Part shown: piece after piece, positions 47,070-47,070 of the stretch
Layout: the number at the start of each line of letters is the position of its first letter
Numbering within the stretch: position 1 is the first letter of the stretch
Sequence record: DRR723986_9347
DNA: 47,070 nt
Strand: one strand, 5' to 3'
The notes under the pieces: model-generated
The model's input: the letters and a program-made list of their open reading frames with translations, nothing else
What the model was told of the DNA's origin: nothing
The model's database searches: none
Made by a program: the position numbers and the translations under genes

Positions 47070-47070
47070 A

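Noticed and set aside
1..47070. rRNA, tRNA, prophage, defence island
   Set aside because: No cloverleaf or rRNA signatures in the short intergenic gaps and no phage, integrase, restriction-modification or other defence genes recognised.

Overview
AT-rich, gene-dense chromosomal segment from a Bacteroidota organism, most likely Flavobacteriales/Crocinitomicaceae-like. That placement is inferred from T9SS C-terminal domains, TAnnTTTG -7 promoter boxes, the MurF-Alr fusion and the absence of obvious SD sites. About 37 CDS. Housekeeping genes include a carboxyltransferase beta subunit, an ALDH7, tdk, murF-alr, queD, sufS-sufE-sufT and a DUF853 ATPase running off the right end. They are interleaved with a FecR/TonB-receptor/DUF4249 module, OM beta-barrels, lipoproteins and five T9SS cargo proteins. 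I found no rRNA, tRNA, CRISPR array, integrase or transposase. Most notable: (1) a DUF559 nuclease gene next to an inverted pair of GC-rich REP-like elements and a truncated signal-peptide ORF; (2) a candidate ~150-nt sRNA at 12.53-12.69 kb with its own promoter and terminator, partly complementary to the LVIVD operon leader; (3) two giant T9SS proteins 21 kb apart that share a ~565-aa C-terminal chassis with an invariant KATDYNSSRSNK motif but have unrelated N-terminal heads; (4) a perfect 9-5-9 Fur-type palindrome at the sufS promoter. All family assignments are from motif recognition by eye; no database search was run.
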